Source: Somniosus microcephalus (lineage: Eukaryota). Taken from it: a stretch of 64,000 nucleotides of DNA. Shown in pieces: positions 11,931 to 22,583 of this stretch. Location: the NCBI GenBank assembly GCA_052327205.1, contig CM126204.1, positions 266,290,001 to 266,354,000 of the forward strand, read 5' to 3'. Position 1 is the stretch's first letter; each line of letters begins with the position of its first letter. Below the pieces are notes generated by a model. The model saw only the letters and a list, made by a program, of their open reading frames with translations, made no database searches and had not been told where the DNA came from. A program made the translations under genes and the position numbers.

Positions 11931-12724
11931 GTCAGGTTTCTTTCTTCCCCTTTATAATGTCTTAAGATGTATATTGTATAGTAAAACATTAATTAAGAAA
12001 TAATAGAGGTCGGTTTCCATCCTTAATTCCATGCATCGGTAATTTGCATTCCCTTAATAACTAATTGAGCCTGCATTGAGGAAGGCGTTTCAAATGAAGT
12101 GAATCTTCAACAACAACAACATGCCGGACATGCAACTCTATTTATCTATTTTCAAACCAACGTTAAGTAAGATTTGTTTACCTTAGATCTCTTCAATTAA
12201 TTTTAAATGACACATCAGATCAGTTGACTTTAAAAGCTAGGAATTACTGCCAGCATTAAGCTTATCACTAGCTGGGTAATATCAGGAGGTGCCAGTTAGC
12301 GAGGACTTGTCATATGTCTCTTGCATTGTAAGAAAATCCTTGTGACTACAAGTTTATTCTGGGCACTCCCAATGTCCATAAAAGTAATTAAGGTAGTTGT
12401 TGCTGGTGGATGACCTTGTTAACTTGGGAACGCTCTATATTCCAAAAGCAATGATTTCCTAGCTCTCATAGAGAAGCTGCAGCCCAGCACCTGATTATTA
12501 AAGGTGAGTTGTCACATATTTTAATAGAAGCTTCAAGTATTTGGCATAGTATTGGGGTTGGATTCAGTGTTCCACTCGCATTGCATTGGGTGGAAAAGGA
12601 TCAACAACCACAGACAAGGGCTGCCCATGATGCCATCTGACACACACAGTGCAATGTCAAGCCCTGTCACTCCTGTACCAGCCACAGTTCCTTGGTAATG
12701 GCGAGCTGCTTCAAAAAGGTGTAA

Positions 12725-13360
12725 TCAGAAATAAATGGACGCCAAGCCAAAAGTGGAGAGATCAAGAGGGTGACCAAAGGCTTGGTCAAAGAGGATGGTT
12801 TTTAGAAGGATCTTAGTGGAGATTGGAAGTAGAAGAGGCGGAGGGGTTTAGGGATAGAATTCCACAATGTAGGGCCTAGACAGCTGAAGCTATGGCCACC
12901 AATGGTGGGGCAAAGGAGAGCAACACACAAAAGGCCAAATGAATCAGAGAATTCATAGGGCGAAGGTTACAGATAGGGAGGGGCAAGGCCCCAAAGTGAT
13001 TTAAACAAGAGGAGAAGAATTTTAAATTGGAGAGGTTGTGGGGCCTGGGTGATGAGTGAGTGGTATCTTGGTGTGGGATAGGATATGGGTAGCAGAATTT
13101 TGGAGGAGTTGAATTTTACAGACAGTGAATGAGAGGCCGGCTAGGAGAGTATTCGAGTAGTTGAGTCTGGAGGAGACAAAGGCATGGATGAGGGTTTCCT
13201 GCAGCAGATGAGCTGAGGCAGGGGCGGAGGCGGGTGATATTACAGAGGCAGTCTTTGCGATGTAGATGATATGGGGTATGAGGTTCAGCTCAGGGTCAAA
13301 TAGGATGCCGAGGTTTCAAACACTCTGGCTCAACCTGAGACAATGGCTGGGTTGCTTCTC
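12725..13360 (-). mobile_element. L2 LINE 3' fragment
   Basis: Reverse complement of L2 RT-tail motifs also seen at 49130-49430 (GAGGTTCAGCTCAGGGTCAAATAGGATGCCGAGG; GAGTAGTTGAGTCTGGAGG..AAAGGCATGGATGAGGG). Confidence 0.75.
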
Positions 13361-14409
13361 GCAACAAGGCAGCAATGGGTGCCTTGATGGACCCTTCAGA
13401 GAACGCCAGGAGAGACACAGAAGCCTGCAAAGGGTCCAATGCAGAGAAACGGTCTGTGATGGCGACTGGCGCTCCAGTACAGATATTACACATTGTGCAC
13501 AAATCTTCTGGAAGAAGATGACACAGCTCTGTGAAAGCCTCTCTTCTAAAACCTCAGCCTTCTTAGACATATTACTGGCATTAGCAGTTGGCTGTACCTT
13601 TTACAGCCCTTTCCTGCTCTTGCCAGTTCTTCCTATTCCAATTCCTTGCTGGTGTAGAACCGAAAGTGGGCTCCATAGTGTGCAAGAACCTAGAATGTGG
13701 ACCGAAAATTTGAAGCAGTTCACCTTTAAATGAAGATTCCAGCTTCTCATTGCAGCTTCTCCAGCAATGCCTGTTTCTGTTGTGAGAGATAAAAATTAAT
13801 TATGTGGCACTTTCAATTAAGGGCCTCATCTTCCCAGTTAATCTGTGTACTGCACAAATTGAGTGCAATAGTGCTCCAGGTAAAAAATATTCACTCAGCA
13901 ACTTTGTTACAGTCGCAAATGGGCAGTACAGTAGGACTGCACCATACTCTGGACATTGCTGCCCTCTATCACACCCGAGGTTATGGTGGCATCTTTGGCA
14001 AATATAATTTTAGGTGACCTGGTATGTTTCTTGCTTTCTAAAGACAATTGGGATGTCAGTTGTTGGATTGCGAAATACTGAAATCCAAGTGTGAAATGAA
14101 CTAGCGTAGTGTGAAATCTACCAGTTAAGTCATGTCAGTTACAGTGAAATTCTGTTCTATGCAATAAATTTGATGGGACATGAGAGTTGTTCGCTTATAA
14201 GCAGACTTGAATAACAGGAAAACTTGTGTCCCTAACCAGAATTTGCTTGAGATTGTGTCGTGTCACACTTACATATACTGTATGTCTACTTAACTGCACT
14301 ATACACTTATGTCTAGGATTATGGAAAGACATTAACAGTAGAACATTGGATTTTCAATCAGTCATAAGCTTGAATCCTACACTTAACATGGAACCTCATC
14401 TCCTTCATT

Positions 14410-17400
14410 GGAGAACTGGACAAACACATCTCACCGGTAAAACAGGGAAAATCACACGTATGGCTAAAACTAGATAAAAATATAGGAATAGCAAGAAAAG
14501 ATGTTTACTTATGTGCGATCTACATACCTCCAATAGAATCGCCATATTTCGAAGAGGAGTTATTTGATACTCTCCACATGGAAATCAGCCATTTCCAGGC
14601 CCAAGGAAGGGTGATAATATGTGGGGACCTAAATGCAAGGACCGGTTGTGAACCTGACTTCATAGACCCACAGGGAAACAACCATGTGTTTGGCCAGACC
14701 CCTTTAGATGTCACACCAGCCATCGCAAATCGGAACAACCTTGATCGTGAAATAAATAAAAGCGGTAGGGAGGTAGTGCAACTCTGCCGAGCCTTAGGCC
14801 TGTACATAGTTAACGGTAGGTTCAGAGGGGACTCCCTAGGGAGACTCACATACTCCTCAACTCTTGGGTCTAGTGTGGTGGACTATACAATCACTGACCT
14901 GGACCCCTGCGATATCAACTCATTCACTGTCAGGCAGCAATCCCCCCTCTCAGACCATAACCAAATAAATATGTACCTTAAACTTTCTGCCCAAACTACA
15001 GACACAAAAAAGGAACCCAGTAAGCTCCATAAAATAAACCAGACATACAGATGGGCCCCAGACAGTGGAGAAAAATTCATCACAGCACTAAAGTCACCTG
15101 ATCTCACAAGTAAAATATCAAAATTTAAAGAAAACCCATACGAGATCACCAGAGATGGTGTAAACATGGCCATAGAGGATATAAATATGATCTTCCATGA
15201 GGCAGCTGTAAAAGCCGACCTTGTGAAACAGAAGAGGAAGCGTCACAAAAGACAAAATAAAAATAAGAAATGGTTTGACCACGAATGCAAAAATGCCAGA
15301 AAAGACCTGAGAAAAATATCAAACCAAAAGCATCGCCAACCAAACAATCCGGACCTACGTACTAGATACAATGAAACCCTCAAAAGATATAAACACACCA
15401 TTAGGAACAAAACACAAAACTATACCCACAAAATACTCGAAGAAATTGAAAACTCCACCAATCCAAAACAATTCTGGGAAATGTGGAATAACCTGAGTAC
15501 AACACAATTGCAAGCATTACCAATCCAAGATGGCGACATCTGGAGAACACATTTTGAAAACCTCTACAAAGACATCCCAATAAACGAAACAAACCCAAGT
15601 CAACATCAGGTCACAGAAAAACTCCACACATTAGAAGCAACAATTAAAGACAACCAAAACCCTCTAGACTCCCCAATCACATGGAAAGAACTGGCCACAA
15701 AAACAAAATCTCTCCACCTAAAGAAAGCCTGTGGCCCAGACAACATCAAAAATGAAATGCTCAAGTTCAGCAATATGGAGATGCAGGGTGCGGTACTCAA
15801 ATTATTCAACATCATATTACGTTCAGGCTGTTTTCCCGATATCTGGTGCCAAGGACTAATCTCCCCCATATATAAAAGTGGAAACAAATCAGACCCAAAT
15901 AACTACCACGGCATCTGTGTCAACAGTTGTCTAGGGAAGTTATTCTGCAGTATTCTAAATAGTAGATTACTTGATTTTCTTAACAAACATAATATCCTCA
16001 GAAAAAACCAAATAGGCTTTCTTCCAAAACACCGCACCGCCGACCATATCTATACCCTTCACACCCTCATTGAAAAACATATACACCAAACAAAAAATGG
16101 GAAAATATTCGCCTGTTTCATCGACTTCAAGAAAGCCTTTGACTCTATATGGCACGAAGGGCTCTATTATAAACTTCTTCAGTGTGGAATAGGGGGCAAA
16201 GTCTATGACCTTATTAAATCAATGTATCTGAAAAACAAATGCGGGGTCAAAATTGGAGACAAACGCACCGATTTCTTCACCCAGAGAAGAGGCGTCCGGC
16301 AGGGCTACAATTTGAGCCCGACCCTGTTCAACATATACATAAATGAATTAGCAGACATGCTGGAGCAAAGCGAGTCACCAGGTCTCCGTCTCCTGGATGG
16401 AGAAGTGAAATCCCTGTTCTATGCGGACGACCTGGTTCTGCTGTCTCCCACAGAACAGGGATTACAGCAACAACTAGACCTACTCGACAAATACTGCCAA
16501 AATTGGGCTCTAACAGTAAATCTAAAGAAAACCAACATCATGATTTTTCAAAAAAGGCCCAGATGTCAGGAAAACAAATACCAGTTTACCCTCAGTGATA
16601 CCACTATAGGACACACTATGAGCTACACCTACCTTGGTCTAACTATTACAGCATCAGGGAGCTTCAGCATAGCAGTGAATGCACTAAAAGAAAAAGCCCG
16701 AAGAGCCCTATATGCAATAAAAAGAAAATTCTACAACATCCAAATCCCAATCAAAATCTGGCTCAAAATATTTGACAGCATAATCCTGCCCATTGCACTG
16801 TACGGTAGTGAAGTATGGGGCCCGCTAAATCACCAAAGCTACACTAAATGGGAAAAACACACAATAGAAGCCCTACATGCAGAATTCTGCCGAAGCATCC
16901 TTCGCACCCAAAGAAAAACGCCAACAAATGCATGCAGAGCCGAACTAGGCAGATACCCACTGATAATAAACATCCAAAAACGAGCACTAAACTTCCTAAA
17001 TCACCTCAAATCTAGCTCCCCAGACACCCTTCATTTCAAAGCCTTTCAGACCCAAGAGCTAAACCCAGAAAAGAGTCCCCTGAGTCAGCTGCTACGGAAA
17101 CTAAGTACTCAGCCGGACCCTGACCAGCCCCAGACCAACACAGCCGTCCAAACACCAATCCGAGTGAACCAAATCATTAAACAATGCAAAGAAACCTACC
17201 TGGAACATTGGAACAAAATAACCGAAAGCCAAAGCAGATTAGAATGTTACCGGGCCCTAAAAAGAGAATATAAACTGGCAGACTACCTCACGACCATCAG
17301 AGACACAAAACAGAGACAGACCCTCACCAGGTACAGACTAAGCGACCACCAACTGGAAATTGAAAAAGGCAGATACAAGAAATCCTGGCAGCCTAGAGAG

Positions 17401-17866
17401 AATAGAATATGCGATCAATGTCTGGCCGGCGAGGTTGAAACAGAAATGCATTTCCTCCTAAAATGCAAAAAATTCAACACATCAAGAAACATATTATTCA
17501 ACAAGCTAAGCCAAACAACCCCAGATTTCAAGGAATTGGATGACCTGTCAAAATTGAGATTAGTCCTAGGAGAAGGAGACAGACCATACCTTGGGGCCAA
17601 ATATGTAACAACATGTCACAACCTGAGGACTGTTTAAAATTAAGACTGTTTAAAATTAATATTGAACGTACCAAATGAAGTACAAAGACTGTTTAAAATT
17701 AATATTGTTTAAAAGTAATATTGTATGTACCCAACAAATGTCAAATCGATTGACACCTACAGAATGTTGGAAAACTGTACCTTTTTGCTATGTAAGCTTT
17801 GGCAATATGGTTCTCTGTAAACTTTCATGCCAATAAAGCATTTGAATTGGAAAATTGGAAATTGGG
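14410..17866 (+). mobile_element. Young 5'-truncated non-LTR retrotransposon, RTEX-like clade
   Basis: Open frame from ~14410 to 17637. The 3' UTR has AATAAA followed by a GAATTG/GAAATTG repeat tail. ATTGG microhomology at both junctions. Confidence 0.85.
14578..17637 (+). CDS. LINE ORF2: partial AP-endonuclease, reverse transcriptase and C-terminal CCHC zinc knuckle
   Basis: GDLNART, VDY, SDH (endonuclease); FIDFKKAFDS, GVRQG.LSP.LF, YADD, YLG (RT); CDQC..ETEMHFLLKC. The frame stays open upstream to ~14410 but the endonuclease N-terminus is missing. Confidence 0.9.
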   Translation: MEISHFQAQGRVIICGDLNARTGCEPDFIDPQGNNHVFGQTPLDVTPAIANRNNLDREINKSGREVVQLCRALGLYIVNGRFRGDSLGRLTYSSTLGSSVVDYTITDLDPCDINSFTVRQQSPLSDHNQINMYLKLSAQTTDTKKEPSKLHKINQTYRWAPDSGEKFITALKSPDLTSKISKFKENPYEITRDGVNMAIEDINMIFHEAAVKADLVKQKRKRHKRQNKNKKWFDHECKNARKDLRKISNQKHRQPNNPDLRTRYNETLKRYKHTIRNKTQNYTHKILEEIENSTNPKQFWEMWNNLSTTQLQALPIQDGDIWRTHFENLYKDIPINETNPSQHQVTEKLHTLEATIKDNQNPLDSPITWKELATKTKSLHLKKACGPDNIKNEMLKFSNMEMQGAVLKLFNIILRSGCFPDIWCQGLISPIYKSGNKSDPNNYHGICVNSCLGKLFCSILNSRLLDFLNKHNILRKNQIGFLPKHRTADHIYTLHTLIEKHIHQTKNGKIFACFIDFKKAFDSIWHEGLYYKLLQCGIGGKVYDLIKSMYLKNKCGVKIGDKRTDFFTQRRGVRQGYNLSPTLFNIYINELADMLEQSESPGLRLLDGEVKSLFYADDLVLLSPTEQGLQQQLDLLDKYCQNWALTVNLKKTNIMIFQKRPRCQENKYQFTLSDTTIGHTMSYTYLGLTITASGSFSIAVNALKEKARRALYAIKRKFYNIQIPIKIWLKIFDSIILPIALYGSEVWGPLNHQSYTKWEKHTIEALHAEFCRSILRTQRKTPTNACRAELGRYPLIINIQKRALNFLNHLKSSSPDTLHFKAFQTQELNPEKSPLSQLLRKLSTQPDPDQPQTNTAVQTPIRVNQIIKQCKETYLEHWNKITESQSRLECYRALKREYKLADYLTTIRDTKQRQTLTRYRLSDHQLEIEKGRYKKSWQPRENRICDQCLAGEVETEMHFLLKCKKFNTSRNILFNKLSQTTPDFKELDDLSKLRLVLGEGDRPYLGAKYVTTCHNLRTV

Positions 17867-18529
17867 ATGAGTTCTAGGCTGGGCCACTAGATGGAGCACT
17901 ACACATCTCAGTCCTCGACAACAGGTGGTAGGTGATTGGGAGGGAGCTAGAACAGGAAATCCCAAAAAGACCAGGTCTGCCCTGGAGAACACATCTGTAA
18001 ACCAGGGTACCATTAAATAAATTTATCTACTTGGATTCTTCCAGTTAAAGGCAACATATGGCAATGGGTGGACAATATAGGGGGAACCTCAAATTGAATT
18101 AAGGGCAATATAAAAGGAAATAAAAGATCATCCCAAAGACAGATGCATCACTGGTACCACCTTTTAAGAATTGCTTACAAAACATGACTGTTAATTTTAA
18201 CATGCTTTTGTCGGAGCTTTTATTTATCGTTTTTTTTTAATGCTGAATGTGAATGACATCATAAAGAGAAGTGATTTAGATGAGTTACTTAAGGCACTTT
18301 TATATTTAACATGCAGTGTGCAGTGCTCAAACAGAGACACATGTCTCCATAAGCTACGCTCCCAATTATGCTTAATGGTGTTGCCACTCCTCCAAAGAAT
18401 TCCTACCATTAAAAGGAACGTGGAGACTGACAACAGTAAACGCAACTCATGAAAAGGTGGGTCTCCAATGGCATTGGGCTCATCTCTCTTAGCATGAAAA
18501 TGCCTTTGGCCCAAAAGTTTTATGGAGTT

Positions 18530-19380
18530 GAATTAAACTATTTAGTGCTTTAGATTGTGAAGAAAGACTCACAGAACTTAACATGTTTTCATTAGAGAAA
18601 ATAAGATTGAGTGAAGATATCTTTCAGGTTTTTATTATGAACATAAGAAATTGACAGGCAGGAAAAGACGAGTTGGTCCATCAGGCCTGCCCCACACCAT
18701 GATGGCCGGGCCATGTTGATGCAAGTAGGCTATTTAAATTTGACTAAGAATGCAGAACTATAAGATATGAGTATAAAATTAACAAGGCTCAAACAAAGAT
18801 TCTTCTTTTCGCATAGATTGAGCAATAGACTTCCAGCTAAAGCAGTTCCTGCTGTTATAACATTGATAGGAAAGAGCTAAATGAAGATCTTCTTAGGAAT
18901 GAGACTGAGTGGCTACTAGTTGGGACAGTGATGGCAGACTGGGGAGATGTATTGAATGGACTGCCCCAAGGATCCATGCTGGAGTCCCTATTGTTTTTAA
19001 TCTATGTAAGTGGCCTGGATTCAGAAACACAATGCAAGGTGGTCAACTCTGGAGTAGATACTAAACTAGAAGTGATATTGTAATCTGAAGAAACAGCCAA
19101 GGAACTACAGAAGGAGCCAGATAATATTTGCAAGTGGGCAGAACAATGGCAAATGAAATTCAAGCACATAAGTTCAATGCATCACAAATTGGAAGGAGAA
19201 AATTGAATTCTTTCCTACTCAATGAAAAGTGTCAAACTGGCTAGAGGAAAGGCTGTAATAGTAGACTAAACACTGAGCAGGTCCACTCATTTTACAGCAG
19301 TAATCAACAAAATAAACAGAATGCTGAGCTATATTGCCTAATCAGTAGAGTGTAAGCCTAAGACCATTGCGCTGAAGCTC
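18530..19380 (+). mobile_element. Degenerate CR1 fragments (3' tail piece followed by RT piece)
   Basis: CCCCAAGGATCCATGCTGGAG (PQGS.LG), GTGGGCAGAACAATGGCAAATGAAATTCAA (WAE.WQMKFN), plus CR1 tail motifs at 18580-18900. Confidence 0.65.
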
Positions 19381-19399
19381 ATTTAAAGTTCCCTCCACC

Positions 19400-20284
19400 C
19401 TAGCCCGATTAAGGATCTTTCTCTAGTTTCTCTCCTATTTTGCATTATGTCCTCTCCAAGCTCATCTTTTCCATGAGACCCACCTCCTGCTCCCTCGACC
19501 CTATTCCAACCAAACTCCTGAAGAGCCAACTTCCCTTCCTGGCCCTCTTGTTAGCTGACATTGCTAACAGTTCCCTCTCCTCAGGTACTATCCCCCTCTC
19601 CCTCAAATCTGCCGTATTCACCCCTCTCCTCAAAAAACCCACCCTTGACCCCTCTGTCCTTGCAACCTACTGCCCCATCTCCATCTTCCCTTCCTCTCCA
19701 AAATTCTTGAGCATGTTGTCGCCTCCCAAATCTGTGCCCATCTTTCCTACAACTCCATTTTTGAACCCCTCCAATCAGGTTTCCACCCCTACCACAGCAC
19801 TGAAACAACCCTTATCAAAGTCACAAATGACATCCTTTGTGAATGTGACTGATGTAAACTATCCCTCCTCATTATTCTCAACCTGTCTGCAACCATCAAC
19901 ATGGTTGACCACACCATTCTCCTCCAACGCCTCTCCTGCATTGTCCAGCTGGGTGGGACTGTCCTCGCCTGGTTCCATTCTTATCTATTCATTAGTAGCC
20001 AGAGAATCACCTGCAATGGCTTCTCTTCCCGCTCCTGCACCATTACCTCTGGAGTCCCCCAAGGATCTATCCTTGACCTCCTACTATTTCTCATCTACAT
20101 GCCGCTCCTCGGCGATATCATCCAAGAAAAGTCAGATTCCACATGTATGCTGACATCACCCAGCTCCACTTCACTTCTCTCGACCCCCTCCACTGTCTCT
20201 GATTTGTCACACTGCTTGGCCGACATCGAGTACTGGATGAGCAGAAATTTCCACCAACTAAATATTGGGAAGACTGAAGCCATA
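19400..20284 (+). mobile_element. L2 LINE ORF2 fragment (frameshifted RT)
   Basis: PTSCSLDPIPTKLLK, TPLLKKPTLDP, VDHTILLQRL, SGVPQGSIL, LNIGKTEAI spread over several frames. Confidence 0.85.
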
Positions 20285-20630
20285 GGCCGCGATTTTCCCT
20301 ACCTCAGCGGGTCCGTAGCGGGTGATGTCGGTGGCGGGTCGCGGCCTCGCTGCTGGCTCCATCCCGGCTTCTGACATGACTTTCCCCTGAATGGGCTTGG
20401 TAAGCCCGCCCAGCGATTTTCCTGGCCAACTGAAGGAAGCAGGTCTGATGATGTAATTTGATGACATGTCATCAGCCGGTTTCTTAAAGGGACCATGGCC
20501 ACATTCATTTTGACATTTGTGCTGTCAGTGTTTAACAGCATTGAGATGCTGCAAACACTGACAAGCACAGCACAGAGGTGCACAGCTGCACCCAGGCTCT
20601 CTCATTACTCCCTCCATATGCTTATGTGTA
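20285..20630 (+). mobile_element. Left end of a GC-rich DNA-transposon-like element (PIF/Harbinger-like)
   Basis: Starts GGCCGCGATTTT and truncates the L2. It ends in a degenerate AAPR.S..SL..L segment that resembles the start of the Myb/SANT accessory ORF of Harbingers. Confidence 0.5.
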
Positions 20631-21202
20631 TGACAGCTAAGTATTTTTGCATCTGAATGTTAGTTAAGAAAATTAAAACATGGTGAACAGGTATATAGTG
20701 GAAGTTAGTTGAACCCATTGGAATCTTCACAGGAATGGATAAAGTATATTAGCATAGTTCTTGTAGTTGGTAAAAATTACAAGAAAGCAAAGGGCTACAT
20801 AAATCAACATTAGATATAGAATTGCTTAGCATTACATAACTCTTGTGTTCTTTTTTCACTTCAGGGGTCAGATAATAGACTTTCTACTGTATTGTATTAT
20901 ATATCACTGTTAGATTATTTGCTTGTTCATTGTTTGTTTGATAAGTTTACTTACTATTTTAAACTTAAGATGCGTTCTGATGTGATGCTCTACCACTTTC
21001 ATAAACTGGAGAGAGATCCTGTAGAGACATAAGATAAATTCCAGTAATTTAAAAATTATTATCAGACAGGATTTGCTATTCATTATCCCATGTGCATTAC
21101 TGAAACCTAACCTCAAGACCAGAACAGTCTTGATGGTGTGGGGAGTTGGGGCTCAATTATGAGCACAATCTTAGATATGAGAGCTGAAATAATCTAGAGT
21201 AA

Positions 21203-21730
21203 GAATCATAGAATCATACTGCACAGAAGGTGACCATTAGGCCCATTGTGCCTGTGCCGGCTCATTGAAAGAGCTATCTAATTCGTCCTACTCCTCTGCC
21301 CTTTCCCCATAAGCCCTGCAAATTTTTCCACTTCAAATATTTATCCAATTTCCTTTGAAAGTTATTATTGAATCTGCTTCCACCTCCCTCTCAGGCAGTG
21401 CACTCCAAATCATAACAACTCGTTGCGTAAAAAGAATTCACCTCATCTCACCTCTGGTTCTTTTGCCAAATACCTTAAATTTGTGTTCTTTGGTTACTGA
21501 TCCTTCTGCCACTGGAAACAGTTTCTCCTTATTCACTCTATCAAAACCCCTCATGATTTTGAGCACCTCTATCAAATCTCCCCTTAATCTTCTCTGCTCT
21601 AAGAACAACAACCCCAGCTTTTCCAGTCTCTCCATGTAACAGAAGTCCTGCGTCCCTGATACCATTCTATTTAATCTCCTCTGCACCTCCTCTAAGGCCT
21701 TGACATCCTTCCTAAAGTGTACTCCCACTG
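21203..21730 (-). mobile_element. CR1 LINE 3' end
   Basis: Minus ORF FRKDVKALEEVQRR..RLEKLGL..LEQRRLRGDLIEV.KIMRGFDRV; tail AGAATCATAGAATCAT. Confidence 0.9.
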
Positions 21731-21814
21731 GGGACTGACCAGAGGAGTAGTAAAGACTCAAAAACATAACAGAGGGATTAACCCATTTATGTAAACTAAT
21801 TAAGGATTCTTCTG

Positions 21815-21925
21815 AAAAGAAAGACTTGGATTTATATAGCGCCTTTCATTACCACCGGACATCTCAAAGCGCTTTACAACCAATGAAGTACTTTTGGAGT
21901 GTAGTCACTGTTGTAATGTGGGAAA
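21815..21925 (-). mobile_element. SINE/L2 3' tail
   Basis: AAAGAAAGACTTG.ATTTATATAGCGCCTTTCA..GTAGTCACTGTTGTAATGTGGGAAA is the reverse complement of the tail at 560-663. Confidence 0.75.
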
Positions 21926-22335
21926 AGTAGCATGAAGAATTCCAGACACACACATTAAACATTCTTGCAGGAGTACCCCAAGGTGTTATTCCAGAGAACC
22001 ATGTGTCAGAGGATTGAGTTATGAAAGAAAAACACATTCTCTTCAGCCAAGAAAGGAGGTAAATAAGCGAGGGCCTTACAGAGATACAGGAAACGGAATT
22101 GGAAAGCGAAATCCTGAAAGCTATTCCAAGTTAAACCATGACTGTAGGATAAAGGGATATGGGTATAAATGAGTAAAAAGCAAGTTCGGGGCTAAGGTCA
22201 GAAAGCACCTCTTTGTCCAGAGTGATCAATACCTGGAATAATCTTCTGGGTAGGAGAGTAGAGACAAAAAAAACTCTGGAATCATTCAAGAGCCAATTGG
22301 ATGTTATATTGGGGAGGCCATCACTTCCTATTTAA

Positions 22336-22583
22336 CATAAAAACAGAAAATGCTGGAAATACTCAGCAGGTCAGGCAGCATCTGCGGAGAGAGAAACAGA
22401 GTTAACATCGACCTGAAACGTTAACTCTGTTTCTCGATGACCTGAAACGTTAACTCTGTTTCTCGCTGACCTGAAACGTTTACTCTATTTCTCTCTCCAC
22501 AGATGCTGCCTGACCTGCTGAGTATTTCCAGCATTTTCTGTTTCTATTTCAGATTTCCAGCATCCGCAGTATTTTGCTTTTGT
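22336..22583. mobile_element. Penelope-derived fold-back insertion with 13-bp TSD
   Basis: ACTTCCTATTTAA at 22323-22335 and 22584-22596. Inverted pseudo-LTR arms with a triplicated GACCTGAAACGTTAACTCTGTTTCTC at the junction. Confidence 0.85.

Noticed and set aside
13296-13570. Minus ORFs with a DRFSAL motif (possible LINE ORF1 remnant)
   Set aside because: The motif is too short and the surrounding similarity too weak to assign.
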